This document shows positions 10,301 to 18,884 of a stretch of DNA of 64,000 bases, in pieces. The stretch is from Myxococcota bacterium. Its GTDB lineage: Bacteria > Myxococcota_A > SURF-8. Position numbers and translations under genes: made by a program. The stretch lies in contig OZ223209.1 in NCBI GenBank assembly GCA_965140415.1, positions 5,248,001 through 5,312,000 on the forward strand, written 5' to 3'. The number at the start of each line of letters is the position of its first letter. Position 1 is the first letter of the stretch. The notes beneath the pieces are model-generated. The model did not search any database. It worked only from the letters and a program-made list of their open reading frames with translations, and had not been told where the DNA came from.

Positions 10301-10954
10301 ATGCAGGTGCGGATTTTGTTGGTACTGTTTGCAATTCTCTTGCTGTGCGGGTTGATGACCGCCTGCGGATCGGATGATGACGACAACACAGATGGCGACA
10401 GCCCGGATGGAGATGTCACCGACGGCGACAATACCGATGGCGACGGCACGATCTACGGCGATGACGATGTGACCATCGATGGTGATGAAGCCGAGCAGGA
10501 CGATCCTTATGCGGGTATGACCACGCAGCGCGGGGACGCCCAAATGGCCAAATTGACCGTGGTGTCATTGACACCATCAAGCGTAAAAGAAGACAGTGAG
10601 CCAGGTGATGGCAACTGGGCCGTGCAGAGCGTAACCGACTTTTCGGATCAGAGTCCGGCCAGCAACTTCGGTTATTCCGCCGCCGGTTACGAACTGGGTT
10701 ATAACGAGTTGTCCAAACAGGTGGAAATCGCACCGAATATCACTACGCAAATGTACGCCAGCAACCAATCGATTCCCTGGCAGGGACCATTCACCGAGCG
10801 CGAGCAGATCGCCATCGAGGAAGAAAGCTACACCTATTTCCGTCTGCACGACGGCGACACGGTGTACTACCTGCGCCTGTGGTGCGACACCACCGGTGGT
10901 GCTGGCTTAGACGGCTCCTACGAGCTTTCAGAATCGCCGAAGTTTCCGGAGTAA
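10301..10954 (+). CDS. DGD-repeat lipoprotein of unknown function
   Basis: Lipobox MTAC followed by DDDDNTDGDSPDGD...; AGGAG RBS. Confidence 0.8.
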   Translation: MQVRILLVLFAILLLCGLMTACGSDDDDNTDGDSPDGDVTDGDNTDGDGTIYGDDDVTIDGDEAEQDDPYAGMTTQRGDAQMAKLTVVSLTPSSVKEDSEPGDGNWAVQSVTDFSDQSPASNFGYSAAGYELGYNELSKQVEIAPNITTQMYASNQSIPWQGPFTEREQIAIEEESYTYFRLHDGDTVYYLRLWCDTTGGAGLDGSYELSESPKFPE

Positions 10955-11064
10955 ACCCGGAACGCATTCTTGCCATAAAAGTCTCCCGGCCCCGCAGGTG
11001 TAACCTTCACGGGGTCGGGGTAGTGCAAGGACCGATGCTTGACTCGATGTCTATCCGCCTTGCA

Positions 11065-11442
11065 TTACGAGATGAGTTCTCCGTCGAAAGTGCTGGTATG
11101 GTACACAGCCCGCATACGGTTCTGCTCCCATTGTTGCTTTTTCGCGGCCTGTATGACTCCGAACAGCGTTTTACGTAACTCACTCCCCTGTTGCTTTCCC
11201 AGCCGGTCGTGTATCGTTGCTAAAAGGTGTCGGTCGAACGCTTCCCGGTTTTCTCCATACCGGTTCTCGGCATCGCCTAGCGCGCCAAGCAGTTCCCGAC
11301 GTAGGGTCAGACTGGTGTTGTCGTCTAAAATGCCTTTCACGACATTCAAGAACAATCGATTGAAATCCTCCAAGGGTAGATCACGCATACGCAACTCTCC
11401 GGCTTCGAAGTCGCGTTCAATGTTGTTGTTATGATGACTCAT
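11065..11442 (-). CDS. Hypothetical helical protein
   Basis: 125-aa ORF with AAGGA RBS filling the gap between genes; no motif recognised. Confidence 0.6.
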   Translation of the reverse strand: MSHHNNNIERDFEAGELRMRDLPLEDFNRLFLNVVKGILDDNTSLTLRRELLGALGDAENRYGENREAFDRHLLATIHDRLGKQQGSELRKTLFGVIQAAKKQQWEQNRMRAVYHTSTFDGELIS

Positions 11443-11581
11443 GTCCTTAACCTCTCTGTTTCAGCAAGTAAGACCAACGGCGGCCACTGCTGCCTTCCTA
11501 TTGGTTAGAGAACAACTTTCACCGGTTTATTCCAGGCATCGTTTGAAATTGTTCAAAATTACCTTCTGAGCCACCATTCAC

Positions 11582-11615
11582 AAAAATCCCCCGCGCTGTC
11601 AAGGCAGGCGGGGGA
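11582..11615 (-). terminator. Intrinsic terminator downstream of the hsp20 pair
   Basis: TCCCCCGC...GCGGGGGA stem with an A5 run on + (U run on -). Confidence 0.65.
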
Positions 11616-11638
11616 AGAAGAGTCCGGCTCGCTTATGT

Positions 11639-12025
11639 CTAGCCGGTAGTGATGGAAATCTCACGCGGTTTCAGTTCGGGAGACTTGGGCAGGTGCAGCG
11701 AAAGCACCCCTTCCTTCAACTCGGCCTGGATCTTTTCCTTGTCGATGCCTTTGGGTACAGAGAACGCCCGATAATACTCGACCGAACCCAACTCTCGTTC
11801 ACGCTCTGCGCCGAAGCGTTCAATCTCCCGGAAGCCTTCGACAGTCAAGGTGTTGTTGTCCAGGTTGATGCTCAGATCTTTTTTGTCTACGCCGGGCAGA
11901 TCGGCCATCAACAGCACTTCCTCTTTATTTTCGTAGATATCCACCAGGGGAGAGATCCGATATCGATTGCGATAGTTCTCGACGTCCTGGTTTTCTTTCT
12001 GAATCAGATCTTTGTTCTCACTCAT
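11639..12025 (-). CDS. Hsp20/alpha-crystallin small heat shock protein
   Basis: PLVDIYE, ADLPGV, YYRAF, A.LKEGVL.L.LPK, C-terminal ISI motif; AAGGAGG RBS. Confidence 0.92.
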   Translation of the reverse strand: MSENKDLIQKENQDVENYRNRYRISPLVDIYENKEEVLLMADLPGVDKKDLSINLDNNTLTVEGFREIERFGAERERELGSVEYYRAFSVPKGIDKEKIQAELKEGVLSLHLPKSPELKPREISITTG

Positions 12026-12056
12026 GACGTCCTCCTTTCTTGTCAATCCCGCAAGT

Positions 12057-12497
12057 TCAGTCGACCTTGATGCTGATCTGTTTGGGTAGCGCCGCCGGTT
12101 GCTTGGGCAGCGTGACCGTAAGCAGACCGTTTTTCAGACCGGCATGAACTTTTTCCGCATCCACTTCGGCAGTCAAACTGAAACTGCGGCTGAACTTCAC
12201 CGGACGGCGTTCTTTGCGATGCACCGAGTAGCCTTCCGGGGTATCATCCGCGCGTTCGCCGCTAAGCGTCAACACGTTCTGGTGCACGCTCAGTTTCAAA
12301 TCGTTTTCCTTCAAACCGGGTACTTCGGCGGTTACCACGAAGCTTTCTCCCGTGTCTACCAGATTCGCGCCGGGGAGCGTGGTCGTTGCTGCATAGCCGT
12401 AATGGTCGTCCATGTCGTGGAAGACCCGGTCCATGCGACGGCGAAACTCGTTCATCATTGCGATGTCACGTTCAAGTGTACGCCAATTACCAAACAT
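12057..12497 (-). CDS. Hsp20/alpha-crystallin small heat shock protein
   Basis: AEVPG, LTLSGER, FSRSF, A.LKNGLLTVTLPK, ISI motif; AAGGAGG RBS. Confidence 0.92.
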   Translation of the reverse strand: MFGNWRTLERDIAMMNEFRRRMDRVFHDMDDHYGYAATTTLPGANLVDTGESFVVTAEVPGLKENDLKLSVHQNVLTLSGERADDTPEGYSVHRKERRPVKFSRSFSLTAEVDAEKVHAGLKNGLLTVTLPKQPAALPKQISIKVD

Positions 12498-12730
12498 GGT
12501 TGTCCTCCTTTCCATAGCGATACCGAACCGTCGGTATCCATTTCGGTCAATAACTGTCGGGGCCATATCAATTCGAGGCTCCGTTTTCTTACCTTCTATG
12601 GAAAAAGTAATTTCACCTTTTTCATTGTCAAGTGCACAAGGGATATTTTTTACGCAGAATCGTTATCATCCATTATTGGCGGTGTTTTGTAGTGGGAATC
12701 AACGGGCCGAATCGCTAGAAATATCCGAAA

Positions 12731-12781
12731 CCGCTGTACGCAAAACAGCCCGACGCCAAAAGCGTCGGGCCGCGTAAGCCT
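12731..12781. repeat. 51-bp direct repeat, copy 1 (terminator hairpin)
   Basis: 49/51 identical to 14997-15047; GCCCGACGC-caaaa-GCGTCGGGC hairpin with an AAAA run. Confidence 0.9.
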
Positions 12782-12852
12782 TCAAAAGCAATAGTTTTAT
12801 GTATCAAATCACCAAATAACCGAATAACCAAGTTCACGGTCTCCAGACGCCA

Positions 12853-14829
12853 CTACCTCACACAGCGGACAGAGCCGCCGTCGTTGTTGACGATGCTAGC
12901 GCTCACATGGCCGTTGCCGAAGTTGACGGTCCACGCGCTGTCATCATAGTCCTCGACGGGCGACGACGACCTATACCAGCCACATGACCCTTCCATCTCA
13001 TCCGGCCAGTAACAGCCATCGGCAGGGCCATCGCCACCGGAACAACTCCAGCAATCACTTTCACTCCAGCAGGAACTATCCAGACAGCTATCCGTTACGC
13101 CACAAGCCCCTCCCGTCACCGTGCCCGGGCAGCCTCGAATCAAGGAACGAAACTCCAATATCGTCGGCAATCGCCAGTCGCTGTGACCATCAAGACTCAG
13201 GTTGGCGCAGTAATCCTTGGCATCATCCCAATCCATTGTGCTGTCGGCAGGCGGGTTCTGCCAGACCAAAGTTGAATAGTCGAATATGCAATTCGGATAA
13301 CCCGTATAGCCATACTCACAAGCACCGCAATCAGCCGTCATATGATCATTGTCGCATGAACAGGAACCATCGCTAGGGCTGCACGTTCCATGTTCATTGC
13401 ATGGATCCGGATCGCAGGGGTTGTCTACACAGGCTCCATCCAGATTGCAGATCTTGCCCCCGGGACATGTGCCGCAGTTATAACCTTCGTTCGGAGAGTC
13501 GCCGCATACGCGACCATCGCAATCGTCCACGCACTGACCCGATCCATCGCAATAATCCGTTGCCCCCGGACACGTGCCGCAGTTATAACCTTCGTTCGGA
13601 GAGTCGCCGCATACGCGACCATCGCAGTCGTCCACGCACTGACCCGATCCATCACAGTAATCCGTCGCCCCCGGACACGTCCCGCAGTTCACTCCCGACA
13701 CACCACTGGGACCGCATTGACGAGTTTCACAGGGATTCGCTATGGATGACGATTCGCAACCCGCTAGAACAAAACCTGTCGCGTCATATGGGATATCAAC
13801 CTCTCCTGTCATCCCTTTGTAGGTGATACGCATGGTAAGCGTGCTATTCGCTCCCTCGCGGGGACTGCAAACGCCGATCACATAATTGCTATTGGCCAGA
13901 TCGTTGATCCGGTTGGCAACATCCACAAATGCCGAACGGATCTGGTCTATGTCCTGGGGCTGGATAAACGATTCCTCTCCACAAGACAGATTCTGCAGAG
14001 CTTCTTCATTGTAATCACCCTGCAGACCGATCACATAGGTCATGATATCGTCGCAACTTCCACGTGCAGACAGGGCTTGTGATTCCGTTGAAATCCTCGT
14101 TTCATCTTCACCGTCCGTAAACAACACCAGGAACCGCGCGGTCAATTCTTCGCTACCTGCATCTTTCAGTTTATTTGATCCCTCTACAAACGCTCCGTAC
14201 AGATTGGTTGATCCACGATTCTCATTTTCGTCTTTTAGCGAGGGAATGAGTTCGCTGGCGAGAAAATCATAATCCGATGTAAACGGGGCGACTTCCTCCG
14301 ACAATGCCGTGCTGCCAAACATGTAGATTCCGATCTGCTGCCCGACCTCGGCTGCCACATCGATAAAATCACTGGCGGCGTCCATCATCGTCGGGAAGGC
14401 CGGTGTTTTACCCGGCGGATCGACGATGCTCTGACTGCCGTCGAGCAGCAGATAGGTGTACAGGCCGATGCTTTTTTCCTCGCCCAGTTCAAAATCCGCG
14501 CCACCTTCCGACTGAATATCCTCGCCGTCAAACAAGAAGAGAATGTCATCTTCCTTAAGATCAGGGACCGGGTCGCCAGAGCAAGTCGTCACATTGAAGC
14601 TTACCCGGACACCGGCGGGAGGTACGATCTGGCTATCGTACAGCCTAATGCTCAGGCAACCACCGGATGGATCCTGATCGCCGTCGGTATCTGATCCATC
14701 TCCATCGGGATAGGAGCTGTCATCGTCGCCGTCCACCGTCCCGTCGCCGGAATCGTCTGAATTGCAAGTAGCGAAAAATACAACTGAGAAAGCCAACAAC
14801 ATCAGAACAATCAAATGCTTGACCTTCAT
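12853..14829 (-). CDS. Lipoprotein with VWA domain, Cys-rich repeats and C-terminal DUF1566/Lcl (C-type lectin fold) domain
   Basis: Lipobox FATC, DGD linker, MIDAS LLLDGSQS and FTDGED, a duplicated 35-aa Cys repeat, LVWQ..WDDAKDYC..L..GHSDWRLPT..E...SSS..AW.VNF..G.V...VRCVR. Confidence 0.88.
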   Translation of the reverse strand: MKVKHLIVLMLLAFSVVFFATCNSDDSGDGTVDGDDDSSYPDGDGSDTDGDQDPSGGCLSIRLYDSQIVPPAGVRVSFNVTTCSGDPVPDLKEDDILFLFDGEDIQSEGGADFELGEEKSIGLYTYLLLDGSQSIVDPPGKTPAFPTMMDAASDFIDVAAEVGQQIGIYMFGSTALSEEVAPFTSDYDFLASELIPSLKDENENRGSTNLYGAFVEGSNKLKDAGSEELTARFLVLFTDGEDETRISTESQALSARGSCDDIMTYVIGLQGDYNEEALQNLSCGEESFIQPQDIDQIRSAFVDVANRINDLANSNYVIGVCSPREGANSTLTMRITYKGMTGEVDIPYDATGFVLAGCESSSIANPCETRQCGPSGVSGVNCGTCPGATDYCDGSGQCVDDCDGRVCGDSPNEGYNCGTCPGATDYCDGSGQCVDDCDGRVCGDSPNEGYNCGTCPGGKICNLDGACVDNPCDPDPCNEHGTCSPSDGSCSCDNDHMTADCGACEYGYTGYPNCIFDYSTLVWQNPPADSTMDWDDAKDYCANLSLDGHSDWRLPTILEFRSLIRGCPGTVTGGACGVTDSCLDSSCWSESDCWSCSGGDGPADGCYWPDEMEGSCGWYRSSSPVEDYDDSAWTVNFGNGHVSASIVNNDGGSVRCVR

Positions 14830-14996
14830 ATCTTCAACCTCTCGCATTTTGGGTCTGAAAAACTCGGTTTTTACGATGCGGCAACTATACCACAATTCGG
14901 AGATTTCTCAAGCTCCGTAATTGCCACAAATAACAACCCCAAGATCAAGCGGAGTTGCGTCTTGTACCAGATTGCTGACAAAACAAGTGTACTTCT

Positions 14997-15047
14997 CCGC
15001 TGTACGCAAAACGGCCCGACGCCAAAAGCATCGGGCCGCGTAAGCCT
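14997..15047. repeat. 51-bp direct repeat, copy 2 (htpG terminator)
   Basis: Hairpin 27 nt downstream of the htpG stop; 49/51 identical to 12731-12781. Confidence 0.9.
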
Positions 15048-15074
15048 ATAAAATCGTGGATGAAACCGGATCGA

Positions 15075-16970
15075 TTATCCGTGCAGTTTGACGATCAACT
15101 CGTTGATACGCCGTGCCAATGCGGAGGGATCTTTGATCTTGCTGCCTTCAGCCAATACCGCTTGATCCAGCAGCAGTTGGGCGTAATCCAACACCCGTTC
15201 GTCGTCTTTGTTCTCGGCGTACAATTTCTGCATGGTCGTAACGACGGCGTGCTTTGGATTCAACTCCAGGTAGCGCTGCGTCTTGGTTTGCTGGTTTTCC
15301 GGGTCGATCTTGTTCAGCAGGTTTTGAACATAAGCCCCCATCTCACCCTCTTCGACGACCAGGCAGGAAGCGCTCTCCGTCAAGCGGCGGGACAGCCGCA
15401 CCTCTTTGATATCTTCCAGCTTGTCACCGAGCATAGCCAGCAGATCCTTGTACTCATTCTGCTGCTTTTCGCGGTTCTCCTCCGGTTCATCTTCCGCGCT
15501 CAGTTGCTCGTCCAACTCACCCTTGTCCACCGCCTTGAGTTTCTTTTCTTTGTATTCCATCAAGCCCTGAATCACCCACTCGTCCATCGGATCGGTCATC
15601 AACAACACGTCCCATTTGCGGGTGCGGAAAGCTTCCAGGTAAGGCGAACGCTCCAAGGCGCTGCGAGTTTCACCGATGAGATAATAAATCTCTTTCTGAT
15701 CTTCGGGCATGGCTTCGACGTACTTCGCCAGCGAAATCGTTTCGCCCTCTTTGGTAGAGGTGGCTTCGTACTGCAACAGATCGGCCAGCTTTTCTCGATT
15801 GCTCCAGTCGGTATGCACGCCTTCTTTTAGCACCGTGCCGAAGGTCTTGAAAAACTGTGCGTATTTCTCCGCTTCCTTTTTCTGCATGGTGGCCAGCACG
15901 CCCAGCACCTTGTCGATCAGGTTGTTGCGGATCTTGGTCAAAACCGGGTTCTGCTGCAACATTTCACGGGAGACATTCAATGGCAGATCGGCAGCATCCA
16001 CCACGCCACGCACGAAGCGCAGGTACGGCGGCAACAGGTCTTCGCTGTCATCGGTGATGAATACCCGCTTGATGTACAGATGCAACCCGCGCTTACGGTC
16101 GGGCAACAGGAAGTCGAAGGGTTTATTCTTGGGGATAAACAATAGCGCCTTGAATTCGAGCGTACCCTCTGCCACAAAGTGAATGACTTCCGCCGGATCT
16201 TCCGTATCACGCGAGATGTGCTTGTAAAAAGCGTTGTACTCCTCCGGCTTGATTTCGCTTTTGGAGCGCAGCCAGATCGCCTGACGCTGGTTCAGGGTCT
16301 CGTCTTTTCCGACGGTTTCCTCGCCTTCCTTGCGCTCCACCCGCATTACGACCGGGTGCTCGATAAAATCGCTGAACTTGGACACGATCGAACGCAGTGT
16401 CCATTCGTTCAGGAAGTCTTTTGCGTCTTCGCGCAGATGCAACACGATCTCGGTGCCGCGCGTTTCCTTTTCCACTTCTTCCACCGAGTACGCCCCCTGC
16501 CCGTCGGAGATCCACCGCACGCCTGCCGTTTTCTCTCCCGCCATGCGCGAGGTGACTTCCACCTTTTCGGCGACCATGAAAGCACTGTAAAAACCCACGC
16601 CGAATTGGCCGATCATATCCGGCTTGTCCTGATTTTCCGCCTGAGCCAGTTTTTTCAAAAACTCGCCCGTGCCGCTACGAGCGATGGTACCCAGATCTTC
16701 GATGATGCTTTCGCGCGACATGCCGATACCGTTATCGCTGACGGTCAGGGTACCCGCTTCCGCATTCGGAATCAGTCGGATCTGCCACTCGCTGTTACCT
16801 TCGAGCAGGTCCGGCTCGGTAATGGCGGTGAAGCGGGCTTTATCGATGGCGTCGCTGGCATTGCTGATCAACTCACGCAGAAAGATTTCGCGGTTGGAGT
16901 AAAGCGAATGGATGATAATGTCCATTAGCTGTTTCATCTCGGTTTTGAATTCGCGTGTTTCGACCGTCAT
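15075..16970 (-). CDS. htpG: Molecular chaperone HtpG (Hsp90)
   Basis: HSLYSNREIFLRELISNASDAIDK, IGQFGVGFYSAFMVA, LPLNVSREMLQ; ATG 16970 after AAGGGAAG. Confidence 0.97.
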   Translation of the reverse strand: MTVETREFKTEMKQLMDIIIHSLYSNREIFLRELISNASDAIDKARFTAITEPDLLEGNSEWQIRLIPNAEAGTLTVSDNGIGMSRESIIEDLGTIARSGTGEFLKKLAQAENQDKPDMIGQFGVGFYSAFMVAEKVEVTSRMAGEKTAGVRWISDGQGAYSVEEVEKETRGTEIVLHLREDAKDFLNEWTLRSIVSKFSDFIEHPVVMRVERKEGEETVGKDETLNQRQAIWLRSKSEIKPEEYNAFYKHISRDTEDPAEVIHFVAEGTLEFKALLFIPKNKPFDFLLPDRKRGLHLYIKRVFITDDSEDLLPPYLRFVRGVVDAADLPLNVSREMLQQNPVLTKIRNNLIDKVLGVLATMQKKEAEKYAQFFKTFGTVLKEGVHTDWSNREKLADLLQYEATSTKEGETISLAKYVEAMPEDQKEIYYLIGETRSALERSPYLEAFRTRKWDVLLMTDPMDEWVIQGLMEYKEKKLKAVDKGELDEQLSAEDEPEENREKQQNEYKDLLAMLGDKLEDIKEVRLSRRLTESASCLVVEEGEMGAYVQNLLNKIDPENQQTKTQRYLELNPKHAVVTTMQKLYAENKDDERVLDYAQLLLDQAVLAEGSKIKDPSALARRINELIVKLHG

Positions 16971-17064
16971 GACTTCCCTTTCAAGAGTTTCCAATGTGAT
17001 AACAATAGCTTAACTTTTTAATCCGGTAAACATCCCGGTTAACCAACAATTGCGTTCGCTGCAA

Positions 17065-17093
17065 ATATTGGGTCGACGGGAGTGTTTGTCAAG
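17065..17093 (-). promoter_or_regulatory. RpoH (sigma-32)-like promoter of htpG
   Basis: Minus strand CTTGACA-N14-CCCAATAT, against the known consensus CTTGAAA-N13/14-CCCCATNT, upstream of a heat-shock gene. Confidence 0.6.
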
Positions 17094-17249
17094 GGGTGGA
17101 AAGTAACTTTTCCGGATTAATTCCGGTGGGTTCGGAAGTTACCCTCAATAAACTAAACCATTTCGTTTACTTTTTTACGATTTCTCTTGGCGAACCCGGT
17201 CATATTCTGATAACTTGGCTAAAAGTATGAAGTTTGTGGGAGGGACAAG

Positions 17250-17957
17250 ATGTACATTCTCCAATCGTGGCTCCGAATTTCGATTGTGTCGCTGTTTTTA
17301 TCATTCGCCATTCCAGCCTGGGCTAACGATTCTGGTTCACAACCAATCACAGCAAATACCGAGGAAAATCAACCAACACCTCAAACGGAACCAATCGAAG
17401 AAAGCCCATCAACAGAAATTGCCGGCAAACATACAATTCACGTGGAATGGTTCGGCATGGCGACCGGCATCATGTTGCACTTTCGTACCTACTATGAAAA
17501 CGACCGCTGTTGCAAAGAGGAAACGCGCGTGCGCCCGATGATGCGCTTGGACCTGCGCCTGTTTACCCTTGAAGTTCCCTATTTCGCGGTGACGCTACTG
17601 GAACTTCATCCCACCGCCTTCATCGGTCCGGTAGGCGGTGGCATGCGCTTCAGCGCTCGCATTCCACTTACAGCGGATAAATTGCACGAGTTGCGCCTGG
17701 GAAGCTACGTCGGCATGGACTACATCTTTTATTTTCCCAACTACGATTGGTACTACGCCCATCTGACGGTCGAACCACAATTGGAATATCGCTACAACAC
17801 CAAATGGGGCGCTTTAGGGGCGGGTCTAGCCGTTCCAATCCTGCGCCATTTCGACAGCGAGCGGCAATCTCACGAGATCGAGGAATATATCCTACCCAAA
17901 ACGAGCGCCGGTTTGATGCTTTACTTCACGTTTTCGGTAGGGCGTTTGGGGTTTTAA
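17250..17957 (+). CDS. Exported hypothetical protein, possible small outer-membrane beta-barrel (paralog 1)
   Basis: Signal peptide (AIPAWA), amphipathic beta segments, ends in Phe; GGAGGGA RBS. Confidence 0.7.
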   Translation: MYILQSWLRISIVSLFLSFAIPAWANDSGSQPITANTEENQPTPQTEPIEESPSTEIAGKHTIHVEWFGMATGIMLHFRTYYENDRCCKEETRVRPMMRLDLRLFTLEVPYFAVTLLELHPTAFIGPVGGGMRFSARIPLTADKLHELRLGSYVGMDYIFYFPNYDWYYAHLTVEPQLEYRYNTKWGALGAGLAVPILRHFDSERQSHEIEEYILPKTSAGLMLYFTFSVGRLGF

Positions 17958-17978
17958 CATCCCGTAAAGGGCAAAACA

Positions 17979-18647
17979 ATGGGCGATTTCCGAGTCCGGT
18001 TTTCCTGTCTGCTTGCAATTGGAATCCTACTGCTGGCCACATCCTCGCAAGCGCAGCAACAAACAGAACCAATAGCCGCCCAAAGCCCCCCGGTTGAAAA
18101 AGTCGATCAAGCCCGGAACTTCGAACGAAACGTGGAATGGTTCGGCATGGCAACCGGTGTGCTATTGCACTTTCGCGGCTCCTATGTCAATGACCGCTGC
18201 TGCGAAAAGGAAATGCGCGTACATCCGATGATGCGCTTTGATCTGCGCCTGTTCACTATTGAAGTTCCCTATTTCGCGGTGACGCTCTTGGAACTTCATC
18301 CCACCGCCTACATCGGTCCGGCTGGTGGCGGCATGCGCTTCAACGCCCGTATTCCGCTTACGGCGGACAAACTGCACGAGTTGCGCCTGGGAAGCTATAT
18401 CGGTGCGGACTATATCGTCTATTTCCCCACCTACGAATGGAACTACGTTCACTTGGTAGTCGAACCCCAACTGGAATATCGCTACAACACCAAATGGGGC
18501 GCTTTAGGAGCGGGTCTGGCCGTTCCAATCCTGCAACATTTCGATAGAGAGCAGCAATCTCACGAGATCGAGGACTACTACCTGCCCCGAACTACAGCAG
18601 GTTTACTGCTTTACTTCACATTTTCTGTAGGGCGCTTGGGGTTTTAG
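17979..18647 (+). CDS. Exported hypothetical protein, possible small outer-membrane beta-barrel (paralog 2)
   Basis: Closely similar to 17250-17957 from VEWFGMATG to FSVGRLGF. Confidence 0.7.
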   Translation: MGDFRVRFSCLLAIGILLLATSSQAQQQTEPIAAQSPPVEKVDQARNFERNVEWFGMATGVLLHFRGSYVNDRCCEKEMRVHPMMRFDLRLFTIEVPYFAVTLLELHPTAYIGPAGGGMRFNARIPLTADKLHELRLGSYIGADYIVYFPTYEWNYVHLVVEPQLEYRYNTKWGALGAGLAVPILQHFDREQQSHEIEDYYLPRTTAGLLLYFTFSVGRLGF

Positions 18648-18690
18648 CACAAATTCTGTGATGGGGCAGGCATAGCAATCAGATTTACGC

Positions 18691-18857
18691 GTGGAGCATG
18701 ACGGGAGCCATGCTCCAACCTATTGAAAGTCTGAGATCAAGCGGGATTGCATCCCGCTCGTAACATTTAGGAGCAGGAAATAATCCTGCTCCATCCCACA
18801 GAAAGCACCAATACACACGGCCTCCCGGAATATCCATTCCGTGAGACCCTGTCACAT
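18691..18857. repeat. Mosaic of REP-like palindromes between convergent genes
   Basis: TGGAGCATG..CATGCTCCA (family B), AGCGGGAT-tgc-ATCCCGCT, GGAGCAGGA..TCCTGCTCC and a family-C unit at 18813-18857. Confidence 0.7.
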
Positions 18858-18884
18858 ACTCCAGATAAACCTAAAATACCTTCG

